Shown here: positions 1 to 15,516 of the stretch, piece by piece
How the letters are laid out: each line of letters begins with the position of its first letter
Position numbering within the stretch: the first letter of the stretch is position 1
From: Schmidtea polychroa
Lineage: Eukaryota
Direction: 5' to 3'
Assembly (NCBI GenBank): GCA_044892525.1
Contig: CM097885.1
Coordinates: forward strand, 237,958,001 to 238,022,000
DNA length: 64,000 nt
Notes under the pieces: model-generated
What the model saw: the letters and a program-made list of their open reading frames with translations, nothing else
Database searches by the model: none
What the model was told of the DNA's origin: nothing
Program-made: the position numbers and the translations under genes

Positions 1-110
1 TAATTTATATCTATTTCATAAAACTAATTTTATTTGTCAATTGAGTGTAGTTTTTTATTAAAAAATGTTCTAGTAATATACGAATGTTTTAAATTAATTT
101 TAGATTTTAG

Positions 111-207
111 AATTATTCTTTTGAAACTATCACTTATGATCATATAATTTCAAGAGAACTTTATGAACATTCAATGATGCAAAAAGACACTACAATATAT
201 GTGCAAG
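111..207 (+). CDS. elav: ELAV/Hu-family gene, putative upstream exon (possible start ATG at 174 or 177)
   Basis: TTTTAG acceptor ends at 110. Open frame NYSFETITYDHIISRELYEHSMMQKDTTIYVQ, then CAAG|GTATTT donor at 208. A 54-nt intron (208-261, ends AAAG) joins in frame to the RRM1 exon. No homology support for this segment. Confidence 0.4.
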
Positions 208-224
208 GTATTTTATTTTTATAA

Positions 225-488
<264 letters not shown>

Positions 489-3400
489 TAACCAATGAAT
501 TTTTCTGCATGAATTATTATTAATATTTATTAATTACTGCTAAATAAATAAATAAATTCAAAAGTTGCATTTTTCAATATTTTTTTATTAATTTTATTTT
601 ATAAATATTTACGGATCAAAAAAATATTTTTCATTAAATTGTAAATATTAAGATCTTACAGGTAAATAAATTCTTTACCATTCAGAAATGATTTTTCGAA
701 AGCTAAAGTTTCATTTTTGAACATAAATTAGCAATATATTTTTAATATCTTTGAAAAATACATTTTAATCAGAAATCCTTCCTCCCCTCCTTTCGCTTGT
801 TGTACCTCACTGCAGATAACTTTATTGACAAGGTTTATTAATTACTAAATTGATAAAATATTGAAATTAATTTCCCAATATTTATTGATTAATTATTATA
901 AATAATCAATAATTATTGAATAATCTAACATTTATTGATTCATCACTTATACTTGCTAGGTTAAAATTAGAAAAAAGAAAAAGTGCAAAAATCGATACAG
1001 TGAAAACCACCAATGAAATAGCATTAGCACTAAAATATATTTCGGTGTATTTGGTCGGGTGAAATCTTGTCTTTCCGGGCTCTCATTTCCAATTTTAATC
1101 TGCTATAAGCATATAATTTGGACATAATAATCATGTGAAATATTTTGCGGTTATATAACAAATACACCAAAACGTAATTAACTTAAGCCTTTCAAGAAGA
1201 TTTTTTTAAATTCTTATTTCACATAAGATTTATGATCAACTAAATATGACGAAAATATTATGCAGGAATAGACTTGTCAATGGACTTATGGTTTTGCAGT
1301 ACTGAAATTCCAGATCACAATGCATTTGTAAGCATTTAATACAATTTTGGTATATATCAGAACTTCTCTGGGATAATATGTTGGTAGGTTAAATATTATC
1401 ACTTCTGATTGTCTTGCATCAAGTAACATTTGTCATTCATCACTTTCTACCGCCAATGTTAAATTTTCTATGTGATGAAAAATTTTCTGAAGCTTAAGAG
1501 ATTGAAGTTAATATGAAATTTCAAAATTATCCGATTCGTTTGTTTAAACTAAAATATTTTGATAAAAACTGTTATTGTTGAATGGAATAAATATTATTTA
1601 AAATTCAATGATAGCCCTTATACACTCGCGGTTTTTTGCACCATAAATTGTTGTGGCAATACGAGGATTGCTATTTATGAACTCGGAACTGGCAACACTG
1701 GTGTTGCTAGGCGTATCTGGCATATCTATCGTAAAGTTTGACATTTTTGACGGGAAGCGTACTCAGAACGTCTTGTCACGTGGACGCTATTTGTACTGTT
1801 TACAGTGCCTTATAAATTTCACCTCAGTTCAAAAATGGAATTAAACTTTTCTTGCGATGATTTACTACGACATACAGCGTATATTATTTCTACAATAGTA
1901 CATTGTCAACAAATATTATCTCCCAATTAACGAATTTCGTAATATGCGGGTAAATATAATAAGCTTGATAATTTTCCCAAACTTGATACAAAGATGATGG
2001 GAGGATTATCAATCCAATAATAGTGAACACATTACTGAATGCTATATAAATGTATTTGTCATATTTCCCAATATTTCAACTTTAATTTTATTATTTTTCA
2101 CCTGCTTACTTATAAAATATCAAACGACACCAAAGAAAATCAAATCCCCAACCCATCGAGATTTTTTAAAAATATTTTCTGGAATCATCAAAAGAAAATC
2201 AATAGTCTCTCCAAGTCAACAACTTTGTTTTTGTTTAATTTTACTAATTAATTAAAGATATTTGCAACTTTAACAATTCTTATAATGTGGACGAAAATTT
2301 AAACAAAAGTTTAATTTGAAAAGAATTCAAAAGAATTAAAATTTTTTTAATTAAACTTCAAAATCATCTATTATCGGTCTCCTCTAGAAAGTAGTTTTAA
2401 TGAATAAAATTTATTGGGTACTTTTCTTTTATTATTACTATTTTTATATTACTACTCAATATAATTCCCATTTAGAATGAGTATCGAAGATGATGTGGGT
2501 CTTTTGCAGTCTCATCTATTATTGATTTATCGGTGTTTTGAGAAAGAAATAAAATTCACTTTGAAACCCCCTATTAAATTTTAAACATAACGATCATTAC
2601 CGTGATATGAAATATTTATTTTCACCTAAATGAGAAATAAATTTTTATAAAAAAGAACAATTCGGGATAAGAATTCAATCAATAATTAATAACGTGTTTT
2701 TGACAGCAACCAAATTTTAATTCCTTCTGTGAGTCATTTGCGAAGTCTATTATAAAATTTGCTCGCAGAATGGCATAAAGTTCCTACCTTATGCTGTGTG
2801 TAATGCTATTAGACTGGTTATAAATTTAGGGAATTATTGATTGATCAATCAACATTTGGGGTTGTTTTTCCTTTAATATTTAATGACTGTTTTTATACCA
2901 ATAACGAAAAATATTCACTGGAAAAGAATTGAGCTGATTTTAATATATTTGCATAAATTTAATTTCTGAATGTTTTTTTCAACACTTTATTTGATGTGTG
3001 ATGCTTGTTAAATAGCAATAACTTTGATATAAATATTCAAGAATGGCTCAGATGGTATTATTAACAATTATTTTCATTGAAAAAAAACATTAAATGGAAA
3101 ATAAGAAAAATAAGTTTGAGTTATTTTTTTTCTCCAAATAAATCATTTATATAACACAGCAAAGGGTCTTGAAGATATGAATCCTACGTTTTATATATTA
3201 TCGCTTTGAAACTAGAAATTAAAAACTTTTAGCTGAATAAACAACTTTTATGTTTACGTAAGCCGTGGTTGTAACAAAATGTTTTGAAAAACACAATTTT
3301 TATAAATTTAAAACAATAAAATAAATCTTAATAATTATAATAAAAATTATCAGACTACCGAAAACGTTTCAAAGAATCAACAGGAAAAATTTCAAGCCTA

Positions 3401-4710
3401 ATATTTATGATTATCCCTAAGAATTTATTGATCTCTGATTGATTTAGCAAGAAATATTTCTATTTTTTTAAAGAAACCTAATTATACTCATAGTAGGGAA
3501 TGTAGTTCATCACTATAATATAGAAAATATCTGTGCTTGTTTACCTGCCTGGTACAGGGAAAACTTTCAAGTGTTGAACCCTAGAATCATCTCAGTTTAT
3601 TTATACTTTAATTTCTAGATCAATTCTCTATTTTCAGTTGTGTACATTGTTACTTTTCCAGTTTTTTGGGTTAATTAAGGTTTGAGGTGATTAGACAGCA
3701 CTTGAACGCCGCATAAATGTTTAATAGACACATTCATAAGAAAATTACTTCAAATCTTAATATACATCAACCCAAAATGTCGAGTGGGGTCAGCTTACAA
3801 TAATTACTATATAAGTATTAATATTTTAGGCTTTTTTCAGTAATATTATTATAGAATATGAAATTTATAAATACAAGAATTTAAATGCCGGACAAAGTCG
3901 AATAATAAAAGCTAGTTGAAGATAAAAATGTAAAGTTTATTATGATATCTGTGATATTTCAAATACCTCAACAGCCAGTCAACACTAAAAAAATATTGTT
4001 ATTTTAAATTTAAAAAAATAAAAATAATTAACCAGATAAATTACGATTTACTAATATTAAACTCAATGTTTCAAAAACTAACCGAAATTTAGTCCTTCAT
4101 AGATTGACACTTATTTTACCTATCTTCCTATTTTATATGACCAGCCCGTGAAGTTAAGAACCAAATTATAAATAGAAAAATGATTACCGACTTTTCACTT
4201 CTTTCTTTATCGAAATAAACAACAACTTTCTTCCACATTCTTTCAAACATAGATTTCAAATTATATAATCTTTCGAATATATATATTTTTCAAATAGAAA
4301 ATTAATACAAAAAACGAATTGTACATAGTAAAATTAAAACAAAAATAGTATAATTGGTTTTAAACGAAAACTTTTTTTCTTTTGCAGTTACTAGTCAATT
4401 TTATTAATCATTTAAACAAATGAATAAATTTGATTCATATGTTCATTCTCTATGCATTTTCACCACAATTTCAGTTATTGTTAGAAGAGCTCGTCTTGCT
4501 ACTTTAAATAAATGAATAATTTTCCAGGTGTTTCAATCAACTAAAACTTACTAAAATTTCCGTAATATGTTTAATTGATATGTTTGACTAATGACATGCA
4601 AATAATATATATTAAATTATTATGATTTTAAATATAACCCATTAAGTACAATTTTTAAAATAATTTTATTAAACAGAAATATGCTAATAAATTCAACAAA
4701 TAAATTTAAT

Positions 4711-4713
<3 letters not shown>

Positions 4714-4762
<49 letters not shown>
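4714..4762. repeat. (AT)n microsatellite
   Basis: Pure AT dinucleotide run. Confidence 0.95.
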
Positions 4763-4768
<6 letters not shown>

Positions 4769-5240
4769 CATCTATAAATAAAAAATTCTTAACTTAAAAA
4801 ATATTTATCTATTTTCATGACTAAAATGTGCCTTTTAAAGATAATGGAAAGTTCAACGCAACCAATTTATTTGGGGTCTTTGAAGATTAAAACTATTGGA
4901 CAGAAAATATAAAATGAATGCTCAATTGTATTTATTATTTATTAAATTATAAAAACTATTTAACATAAACTTTTTGCATTTTAGAACTCTTAAATTGAGT
5001 TATTATTTCAGAAATCCCTAAAATAAAAACTACCTGGTAATTTGTATTCATTGTGTGGTTGACAAAATGCATAATGCTTCGGGGTATCATAAAGGTTCAT
5101 TTCCATATACAATTATTTTTCAATTATAATTAAAATAAATAATTATCAAATGGTAAATCCACAATTAAATTTATCAAAACAAACCCATATCAAATCTATC
5201 CAGAAACCTATCCTCCACTTGATAAAAGCATGATATAAGC

Positions 5241-5714
5241 CAGTGTTGTCCAAACCTTTTTGAGCCACAGCACACTTGGCTGATTTAAAAATTTTTGCGG
5301 CACACCTAAATTTTTTTTTGCTTTATTTGCAATTTTTTATTGTACTTTTACTAATCTTTTAATAAGAAATGAAAAACTTATTTACTTGAAATAAATTTAA
5401 TGTAAAAAAATTTTAAATTTAGAAAAATTAGTGAATGAATCTAAATAAATAGAATCTAAATAAACATAATTAAGCTGCTTACGTATTTTAGATAGTCAAT
5501 ATTTCTAGTAAGAAATATAAATATGATTGTAAACAAATAAATTTCGCACTTAATTGACTGATTAACATTTAAATTTGAAATAACTGTTAAAATATCCACA
5601 ATCAAATTGCCTTTTATTAAGTTGTATGGAAAAACAGGGTTTTTTTTACTTTTTTTTAAAAAATTTCACGGCACACCTGGGCACCCGCCACGGCACACAG
5701 TTTGGACAACACTG
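5241..5714. mobile_element. Non-autonomous hAT-type MITE
   Basis: TIR CAGTGTTGTCCAAAC / GTTTGGACAACACTG. 8-bp TSD ATATAAGC vs ATATAAGT. Subterminal GGCACAC repeats. Confidence 0.85.
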
Positions 5715-8700
5715 ATATAAGTGATAATGATATAAGTACCACAATGGTGTTCTTAAATGCAGTAACATTTAAATAAAAATGAAAATAGCCTCTGAAAAGA
5801 ACTATAAAAAACTAAAATACGTTTTATTATAAATAAAAAATTTAATATTTTCATTTGTTAAAAAATTCAAAAAAATTGTATATTATTTCTTATACTAATT
5901 TATTCTTTATATTTATTTAAATTTGCTCAAATCGTTTTGTAATGTATTTCATTCGTATAAAATGTTCAAATCAATTTTGATTATAAGCCTAAAATTCGTC
6001 GCTGGTCGACAGTCCATATATTCGCTCGCGATTCACTGTCGATCGTAAAATGTTTGAATTCTTTGCAGACCATTCAAAGCACAATCGGTGTAGTTGGTAA
6101 AGGGCTTCCGTCTACAATTATGATCTTGAATTTTCTATTGTTAATTGAATGCATTTTATATTTCAATTAATATGTTGGTTTTGAAAAATTCATCGGCAAT
6201 TACTTGAAACACAACCAAGGCTTAGTGAAAATATTTAATTATAATTTCGATTGAAATTAATAGAATCAAATTAAAATTACACAAATTATAAATTAATACT
6301 AATTAAAAATTTCGCGGTTCCATTGATCGGTGATAAACCATATTATCAGAGATGGACTTTTGCATAGTCAAAATCGGGTAAAAAGTCGTCAGTTATTTTC
6401 ATGGTGGCAGTGACATGAAAAGGTATTTGAGTTGTATAAAATGCTCTTGGTATGAAGGATGTTGTACTATGTACCTAAATAGTTCCAATACAACCCATAA
6501 CGTTTTTTGTACTCGCTTCTTTAGATTTTATTTTGACAAAACAAATATCCTTATAGGGTCATGCGAGTGAGGTTTTATTTATATGATATTATGTAATAAG
6601 TTGAGGAATGATCATGTTAAAGTAATAAATACATTTTTTATTTTTGAATAATTTGATAAACTCTGTAGTAGAAATATTTCCCCGTTAATTCTTTTAAACT
6701 AAATATTTTACATAATTCTTCAGTTTTCTAATCTCTACAATTTTCTTTTTGGAAATGTTTTTTCAATATAATTTACATTAAAAAAGCTAAACAATAAAGA
6801 TAGTTCTGATCTATGTCCTTGTTTAGATATTTTACTGTATCCTCATTTATTATCTGTTTATTACAAAATTTTACTATAATTATTTGTAATTATTATTTTT
6901 ATATTCCTTACTGGAAACTCTGAGAAAAATTTGAAAAATAAAGTCATTACAAAATTATTATTGGCAATGTTATTATTTCAACAGTTAGCCATATTGAATA
7001 TTTTTTGTTTGTGCTTCTTTAGCGACACAATGTATAATTGATTGCCAAGTTCATTTCCAGCGGTGATGATGTCCACTTCATTGACTATCAACTTATTCAA
7101 GACATGTGTATAGATTTGTGTTGGTTGGAACAAACTATTTAATGTAAATGACGCTGCAAGCCAGAAATAGAAAAAGCTTGGTTCATTCAATGATAACAGA
7201 ACACACCGTTTGAAGGATTTTGTTGTATAGGACGAGCAAACGGATTTTATAATTTCTATTAAAACTCATAATATTTGAAAGGGTAGAATTCTAATTGAAA
7301 TAAAAAGGAAACAAATTGACAAGAAACATTGAAATCATAATATCTAAGGATGTAAAACTTTTCGATAAATATTGTATAAATATTGTATATTTACTCGAAA
7401 TTATATTTTAAATTTAACCATCATTTAGTTCATGATCAGAATTAAATAAGAATCGCTTCCAATATAATTGTTTAAAAATAAAAGAAATTGTTTTAATGAA
7501 TAAGATGGGATAGATTGGTTTTTCGAAATATTAATGAAATAAAAATGTACTTATTACTTTTGAAAATTTTGTTTAAAACGATGATCTAGCAAAACGTATA
7601 TTTTTGTTAAGCGAGAGTATTTAACTTTTACCACCCAAAATAGGTGCTTACTCATATTTTATATTAAAAATAATACAAATTTAAAATCTATTTAAATTAT
7701 TTTTTATATAATTTATAGTTATACTTGTAACAGTAAATATTATATAATTGTCTACTGAATGGGATTTGGTGGAAATGGACTTACAAATTTCTCCTATTGT
7801 TAAAATATGACAATTATATTGTTGGGATTAATCTACAAATAAATGACAGTCACAAAATTGCGGGAGAATTCAACTTTTGTTGCTGTTAACAACAAAAGCG
7901 CGTGGTGGTCTGTAAGCCGTCGCGTCCAGCTGCATTCCAGTCACAGATAAAAATTTTCAATGGTATCCTAAATTATTACTGTTTGCCTATGTAAAAAATA
8001 GTCAATTTGAAATTGTCAAACCTTTGTGATCTAAATAATTTCTAAATTTTTCATTGTCAATTAATTTCCAACTTGTTAGGAAATTTTAGAGATGTTTATA
8101 AATTGTAACTTTTCAAATTTAATGTGAAAAGTTATTATATAATATTTCATAAATAATAAAAAAAAGTCTAATAAATATCTATAAATGACTTTTTGAAGCA
8201 ATATTTTTGATTAATGAAATTTCATGCTACATAAATCATTTATTTTTTCATACCGGGTTTTCCATATCCATGAAAATGAACTTTAATAGCCATTAGTTTG
8301 CCCAAATCTGATTTATGAGAATGGAATAAGGAACAAATTAAAAATAGTTTTTTATCTTAGGTTTTTTACAAATTAAAAAAAATGAAATTTCTTGTTATAA
8401 AACTGCTCTATCACTAAATTTCTGCACAAAGTTTACATTACTTGCTATAGACCAACATTGCAATGTTTTCTCTTTCTCCAGTTCCTAATCTCTCCTCATA
8501 ATTTCTTTATATCTACTTATTTGTTATCAGTTTCAGCCTGTTCTCTTCTTTTGCTTATTTGTCAAAAATGGCCATATTTTATTTGTTTAAGTCAACACTT
8601 ACATCATTGACATGACCTGAAAACTGATCTGAAATAGTAAAAAAAACTTTTTATTTAACTAAGAAATTGGTTTTATGGAATTTACAAAACATCTTTTCAT

Positions 8701-9679
8701 GTTTTTTCGTAATAGTAATTCTCAGGCATTTTTTAAACAAATTTTGTGGATTTTAACAATAAATGACCTTAAAGTGACCTAGGCCCTAAAAGTCAAAATT
8801 CTATGTTGTAAAATTGTTCATCCTAACTTCCAGTTTAGAGAATTTCCACTTAATAACTAAGTTTACTCATTTTATTAAAAAGCTACAAATTATGTCGCTG
8901 CTTATAACGAAAAATACAAATCACGCGTTTAAACAAAATTAACATATCACTACATATAATTAACAATGTTTTATTTATATAAACCTCAGCATTTTGTCCA
9001 TAGTCTATGTGGTAAAAAATGAAAATTTCAAAAATTTGTCCAAACCCGTGTACAGCTGTATAAATCCTATTAAAGAAAATGTTAGTTCACAAACCTCAAT
9101 ATTAGTTATTATGCCATATATTTCATCAAGAAACAAATGCTTAATCTTGCGTATGTGCCGTTCTCGCGTAATAATTGTAAATTAATTTCTAAATTGGGCG
9201 ATAATTATGAAATAATTGTCTCCTTTGTAATATACAGTAAACTAATGAAACATTGTAACCTAATTATCTTTCCACTATTATAGTCCTATTTGAATGTTGG
9301 ACGCGCAACGCGATTCAGTGCATTCCACTGGTACGCATACATGTGCCTCAGTAGTCGAGGGGTTTATTTATTATAACTGTATAGGACAACGGTAGGCAAA
9401 TGCGGCTCCAATTAAAACAAATTTTTATTATATTTGAATTTTATTTCTTTTCCATAATCATATTTTTTTATAAAAGTTCTCATGTGCTTTTTTTGACTCT
9501 TTTTTTTTAGATATTTGTAGCACTTTATAGAATATAGGATGTTATCAAAAAGAAGAAGAAATAGTTCACTCTGTCGTTACATGGAGCTGTGAATACTGAT
9601 AAGTTGAAACTTTTAAGAGAACATTTACTTCTTTTCAAAATAATTGTCAATTTAGAACAATCTATGAACTATATGAATT

Positions 9680-9788
<109 letters not shown>

Positions 9789-10593
9789 TAGTATCATGAT
9801 GGGTGTTTATATATAATTCAGAAGGGCGAGAGAAAATGTATATATAATTATAATACGAGTAGATGAAGTCACGCCTGGAATTAAAATTTTAATTATTAAT
9901 GATTACTACATGAAACGCTATAATATTTATTATTCAAACAAAATATATCATCCCTTTATATTCTTTATACCATTAATACATTTATAATTTATAAATAACT
10001 GATGTAGTTATTGTTTTACTTCCCCGGGCGGTCCATAAATTTGTCACCCATCTCAAAACACGCCGGTAAATGGCTGAATTATTTTGCCAACTAAATCATG
10101 CTTATTGTTGTGACTTTTCAAATTGGTTGAAAAGGATATAAACCTTCTACTGCTTTTTAAAATACAAATTGAAAATGAAATTATGTTTTATTATGCTACC
10201 TGAATCATTGCCCTCGTTAAAGTTGACCTAGTTCACCCTGCTCATAAAAAATAAGAAATAAGATACTATGTTTATTTTTAAAGTAAAAAATTTAATATCA
10301 ACATTGTACCATCATATTTTTTCTATGACATTGTGTTCCATCGAATGTATGGTTTGTAATTCTTTATTATTATCTTCATTTAGAAAGAACATGCCACCCT
10401 TTTAGCTACACTACTTGTTTAAACAAAAGAATTTTTATAATTATATTTTCTTGTTTAAAAATACCAATTATCAAATTTTAAAAATTCTACTGTGGCATTC
10501 AATCCCGATTTAAAGTTATGAATAAAATATAAAAATATTACAATGCCAATTAATTTAACATTAAAATTTTATTTACTTTATTATTTCCATTAT

Positions 10594-11406
10594 AGTAGGG
10601 TATTGTGTGGAGTCGGGAACAAAGACATATGACGTCATCGATGACGTCACAAAGACATATGAGTCATACCCCCGGGGGAGGGGAGGGGTACTTTTTTAAA
10701 CAAAGACATATGACTCATCGTGATGACTCATCGTGATGACTCATCAAGGTCATATTATTATTTTTAAAAAATATTATTATTATTTTATTTTTATATTTTT
10801 TCAAAGTTCCCGCCAACGAAAATTATTCATCGATAGCTCATTTTAAAGCTTAGTGCAAGACCTTTCGAATGAGCTATTGAAAGTATCATCATCATTAATA
10901 TTGACAAAGTTATTAACAAATGATGACCACCTTATTTTCATAGTGAAATTATTATTATTATTCAAAATATTATTAGTGATCTAGCGGGCTCCTGGTTTTC
11001 GTTTGCCCAAACGTTGTCGTTCCAATCATTTTATTTCATCGTTCGATAGCTCATCCAAGACCTTTCGAATGAGCTATTGAAGGTATCATCATCATTAATA
11101 TTGACAAAGTTATTATCGTTTTCCCGATACCATTTTCAAGGTCATATAATTATTACTAATCTATATACTCCGAGTCTATCCGACAAAATATTCTGTCCCC
11201 CTATGGGTACTGTTCGCAAGGGTACTGGTCACATTCAACAAGTCGCAGGGGTACTGTTTACAAAGATACTGGTAAAAATATTCAAGACAAAACTTTAACA
11301 AAGAAATTCTAAATATTATACTTTAAATATACACTCAAACTAAAATTTATTAACACATTCACATTCAGCATCTCCACAGTTCATAACATTTTCAAATACA
11401 ATTTCA

Positions 11407-11446
<40 letters not shown>

Positions 11447-11496
11447 AATATTAAAAACCTAAAATATTTTCTACACACATACACAACCCATTACCA

Positions 11497-11543
<47 letters not shown>

Positions 11544-11774
11544 GATTATTATTATATATAGTCAGAGTTTATCTGACAAGATATTCTGTCCCCACACACA
11601 TTCTATATACACATACCTTATTATTTCAAAGTAACACGCGCGGGAGTTATTATTATTATCAAAAAATCTAAAATATGGTTTACACACACACACAACCCAT
11701 TAATAATTATTATTGCAAATATTAGTGAAAAACCTTAAATATGGTTTACACACACACACACACAACCCATTAAC

Positions 11775-11850
<76 letters not shown>

Positions 11851-12464
11851 TATTATTATTACGCGCGCGGCGAATATTATTATCATATATACTCTTAATC
11901 TATCCGACAAGATATTCTGTCCCCCTAAGGGTAATGCTCACATGGGTAATGGTCAAAAGTGTACTACTCACATTCAACATGTCTCAAAGGGTATAATATA
12001 ATTATTATTAAATTCTGACCAACTTAAATCAATGAAGGGGTAGAACAAAAATATATTACGTTGCGGTATTTTAAATTTTAAAATATTTTAAAAACTTATT
12101 TTGACACTAAAGTTTACTTAATTAACAAAGACATAATTATTGCACATGCTTTGCATAAATATTATTATTTTTTAAATTTTCAATATTTTCTTTTATTATT
12201 ATTATTATTATTATTATTGTTAATGAAAAATCTAAAATATTGTTTACATACACAACCCATCAACCATTATTATTATTATCAATATTAAAAACCTAAAATA
12301 TTTTCTACACACACACATGCACAACTTATTAACAATTATTATTATCAATATTAGTGAAAACCTAAATTATTTTTACACACATATACAACTCATTAAACTT
12401 TATTATTTTATTATTATTATTATTATTATATGTCTTTGTTCCCGACTCCACACAATACCCTACT
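10594..12464. mobile_element. 1.87-kb non-coding element with AGTAGG termini, related to the 17-kb element (Polinton/Maverick-like non-autonomous derivative)
   Basis: Perfect ~37-bp TIR AGTAGGGTATTGTGTGGAGTCGGGAACAAAGACATAT and 5-bp TSD ATTAT. Interior blocks are near-identical to blocks in 31956-38290. Confidence 0.75.
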
Positions 12465-14669
12465 ATTATAAAAACTTTTTTTTAATTTTCACCTCATTTC
12501 TTTTCTATTAACATTGTATTTATTAGAAAATTTTTTACTATGAATCAGTAAAAATATCGATGTTTTTATTGATATCTTACGAATTTTCAGCACAGCCTTT
12601 TTCAATGATTTTTTTTCAAATTATAATGAAATGATGTGTAGTCTATATTCGGAAAATGTTAGTTAAAGGATGAAAAATATTATATATGTGGCCAAGAGAA
12701 AATAATAAATTTTATTTTTTGAATTTATTGAAAACTTTAATTCATTTTCTAAATTTATAAACTGTCAAAAAATAATTAGTTTAAATAATTAACTTAAATA
12801 ATTTTAACTAATTGTTCAAATTACGAAAAATTATGTTTTAATAACCATTAATTTATTAACTTTGTTAATTAAAATAAATTTTATAATTTAATTCATTAAA
12901 ATTCAGTCTCCATTAATTTACTGACATTCATTGTAACTATTATTAATGAAAAAATATTTTTATATGGATATAAAATTACAATTTGAATTATTTTTTGTTT
13001 GACAGAATAATTACTATAATAGACTAATCAAACATTTCATATACGTGTTAAATAATGACTAAAACGTTAATTATCATATCCAATTTAGAAATAATATTAT
13101 TTTTGTAACTTCTCCTTCATGCGTTAACATCCTATGTATATTTGTAACTTGAAAGTTTTTAACATTTATAAAGCATTTTTACCTTCGTCCAACTGGTTTG
13201 ATGAACCTAAAGGAGACATAACGGACTCACGGAAAATTTCGTGAGTTTATTTTGAATATTTTTGCTAAATTATTCATATATATTTTGCTAACAAGAAGAC
13301 ATTTTATGTAATTTTGTAAACAATTAAATTACAAAAACTGTAAATTTAAAAAGAATTTCAGTTCTATTTTGTGAACAAACTTGTCTTCGGAATGTAATAG
13401 TCCCGCAAGATCCAGACATTGGTGAGAATATCTACTTCAAGTTGTTAATGCAAAGCTTATGAAAAAATCACAGTAATTTTTCGTTGATTTACCAAACATA
13501 TTCTACTTTTTCATTATTATATTCTGCCAAGATCGCGAATATATTTACGTTGCCTATGTCCCGTTTCTTGAAATTTTTGACTAAGGCTGGCCTAGAACAT
13601 ATTTCTTTAAGTTCAGCTCTCGATTTGTGTTAAAAATTCGATTTATCAAATTCAAAAAGTAAAAAACACATTTTACAAATTCATTTTGTTATAAGTAGAA
13701 AAAATATATAATCTACCCGATGCATGCACTCATACTTATTAGTGTTGTGAATGAAGATATTAAAGACATCCGAATTTATCCGCATATTTTAAAATTAAAA
13801 ATGAACAAAAATTGAGTTATTTACACGATGCATTATTTTCTATAAATCTAGGGAAAATGTCAGATGAATGTGTCATGCAAATTATCTTCTTAAAGTAAAA
13901 ATAGTATATACAAATAGTATATGAATATATATACACTATGGGCTCTGCCTCTGTTCGCTTCGCTTCACCAACCCCGTTAGAACGTGGGGTTAATGGTAAA
14001 GTTACTATCCAGGGTATTCTTGGACAGGAGTAAGATTCAGTTTATTAATATGTTTACATAACGGTTATAAAGGATAATAGCATAAACCGTTTCTAAGTAA
14101 TATAGAACGATAAGTACAAAAGAATAAATACTTCATTAAAAAAAAATTTTTTTTTAAATTTTAAAAAAATAGAAAAAAAAGTAAAATTTGGATGGAGGGG
14201 ACCCTTAGCTTTTTTATATAGAGAGAGATATTTTAATTAAAATTTTTTATACTTCATGTTTAATCTTATTTTTATTGGTATACGAATTTTTTAAGTAAAT
14301 GTTATAATATTTTTTAAATAATTTCGGTCCTATTTCATACATTCATCTATTTTAATAGTTGTATTAATTTCAATAAGTTCTCCATCATGGGATGTAGCTT
14401 AGATGACTCCAGTAAGTCTGATTGGTAGTGAATTGACTGAAAAATTTTTACACTGTTTTGTCTATCCAATAATTTATTTATTTAACACCAATTTTTGGGA
14501 TAGTTTATTTTATATATTTTGATATAAAACATTAAAAATACCTTAAAACAAAGGAAATTGAACAAAAATAAATAATATTTTTTCTTGAATAAACAATGTC
14601 TATAATTTTAAAATATTGAATATTATAAATGCTATTCGTTTTTTTTTTGGTTTCAGAGAATAAATATGA

Positions 14670-14828
<159 letters not shown>

Positions 14829-15286
14829 TAACATGTAATATCTTTTCATAAAAGGAATTTTATTTTATTTTTCGCGGACATATATTATTTATCATTATTC
14901 TAAACTTTCAAGAGAATTGGTATAACAGCTCGATTTCTTCGAATGTCTAATCTTTCTCTCTTTTTTTGTCTATTAATATAACAGAAAAGCCATTGTTATT
15001 TACACTTTCAATTAGTTGAATATAGATTAAATTTATATTTTTCGCTGTTTTTAACATAATGATATTTTGTCCAAAAAATTCACCTGCAAGTAAAGTACTT
15101 CCATAACCAAATCTGAAATTACAAATTTTGATGAAATTATTAACTTTTATATTTCAATTATTTCGTGTATTAATTATAATAATTAATACAATAATTTGTC
15201 AACATACCGAAATTTGACTCAGACATATCGGCCATACTAAATTAAAAAAAAATTTATAATTTAAATAGTAAAAATATACTATAGAT

Positions 15287-15516
15287 CAGTGTTTCTCAAC
15301 CGCCGGTCCGCGTAAACCTTAAAAATATAAGTCGGGAGAAAGTGAAACTGCATGTGTGTGTGTGTGTGTATGTAATTGGCTAAGAATAAAAAATAACAAC
15401 TACTTATTGTCAATGTAGTTTGCAGGTTTTTGAAAATAAAAAATAATATTATCACCGGTTCGCGTAAAAAGCAGATATTTTGAGGTCCGTGATGAGTTTT
15501 GGGTTGAGAAACCCTG
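15287..15516. mobile_element. Non-autonomous hAT-type MITE
   Basis: TIR CAGTGTTTCTCAACC / GGTTGAGAAACCCTG. Imperfect 8-bp TSD CTATAGAT vs CTACTGAT. Confidence 0.75.

Noticed and set aside
13940..14230. Helitron-like fragment (also CTAG-ended hairpin remnants near 3885-3915 and 26832-26863)
   Set aside because: Too degenerate to define boundaries or confirm the class by eye.
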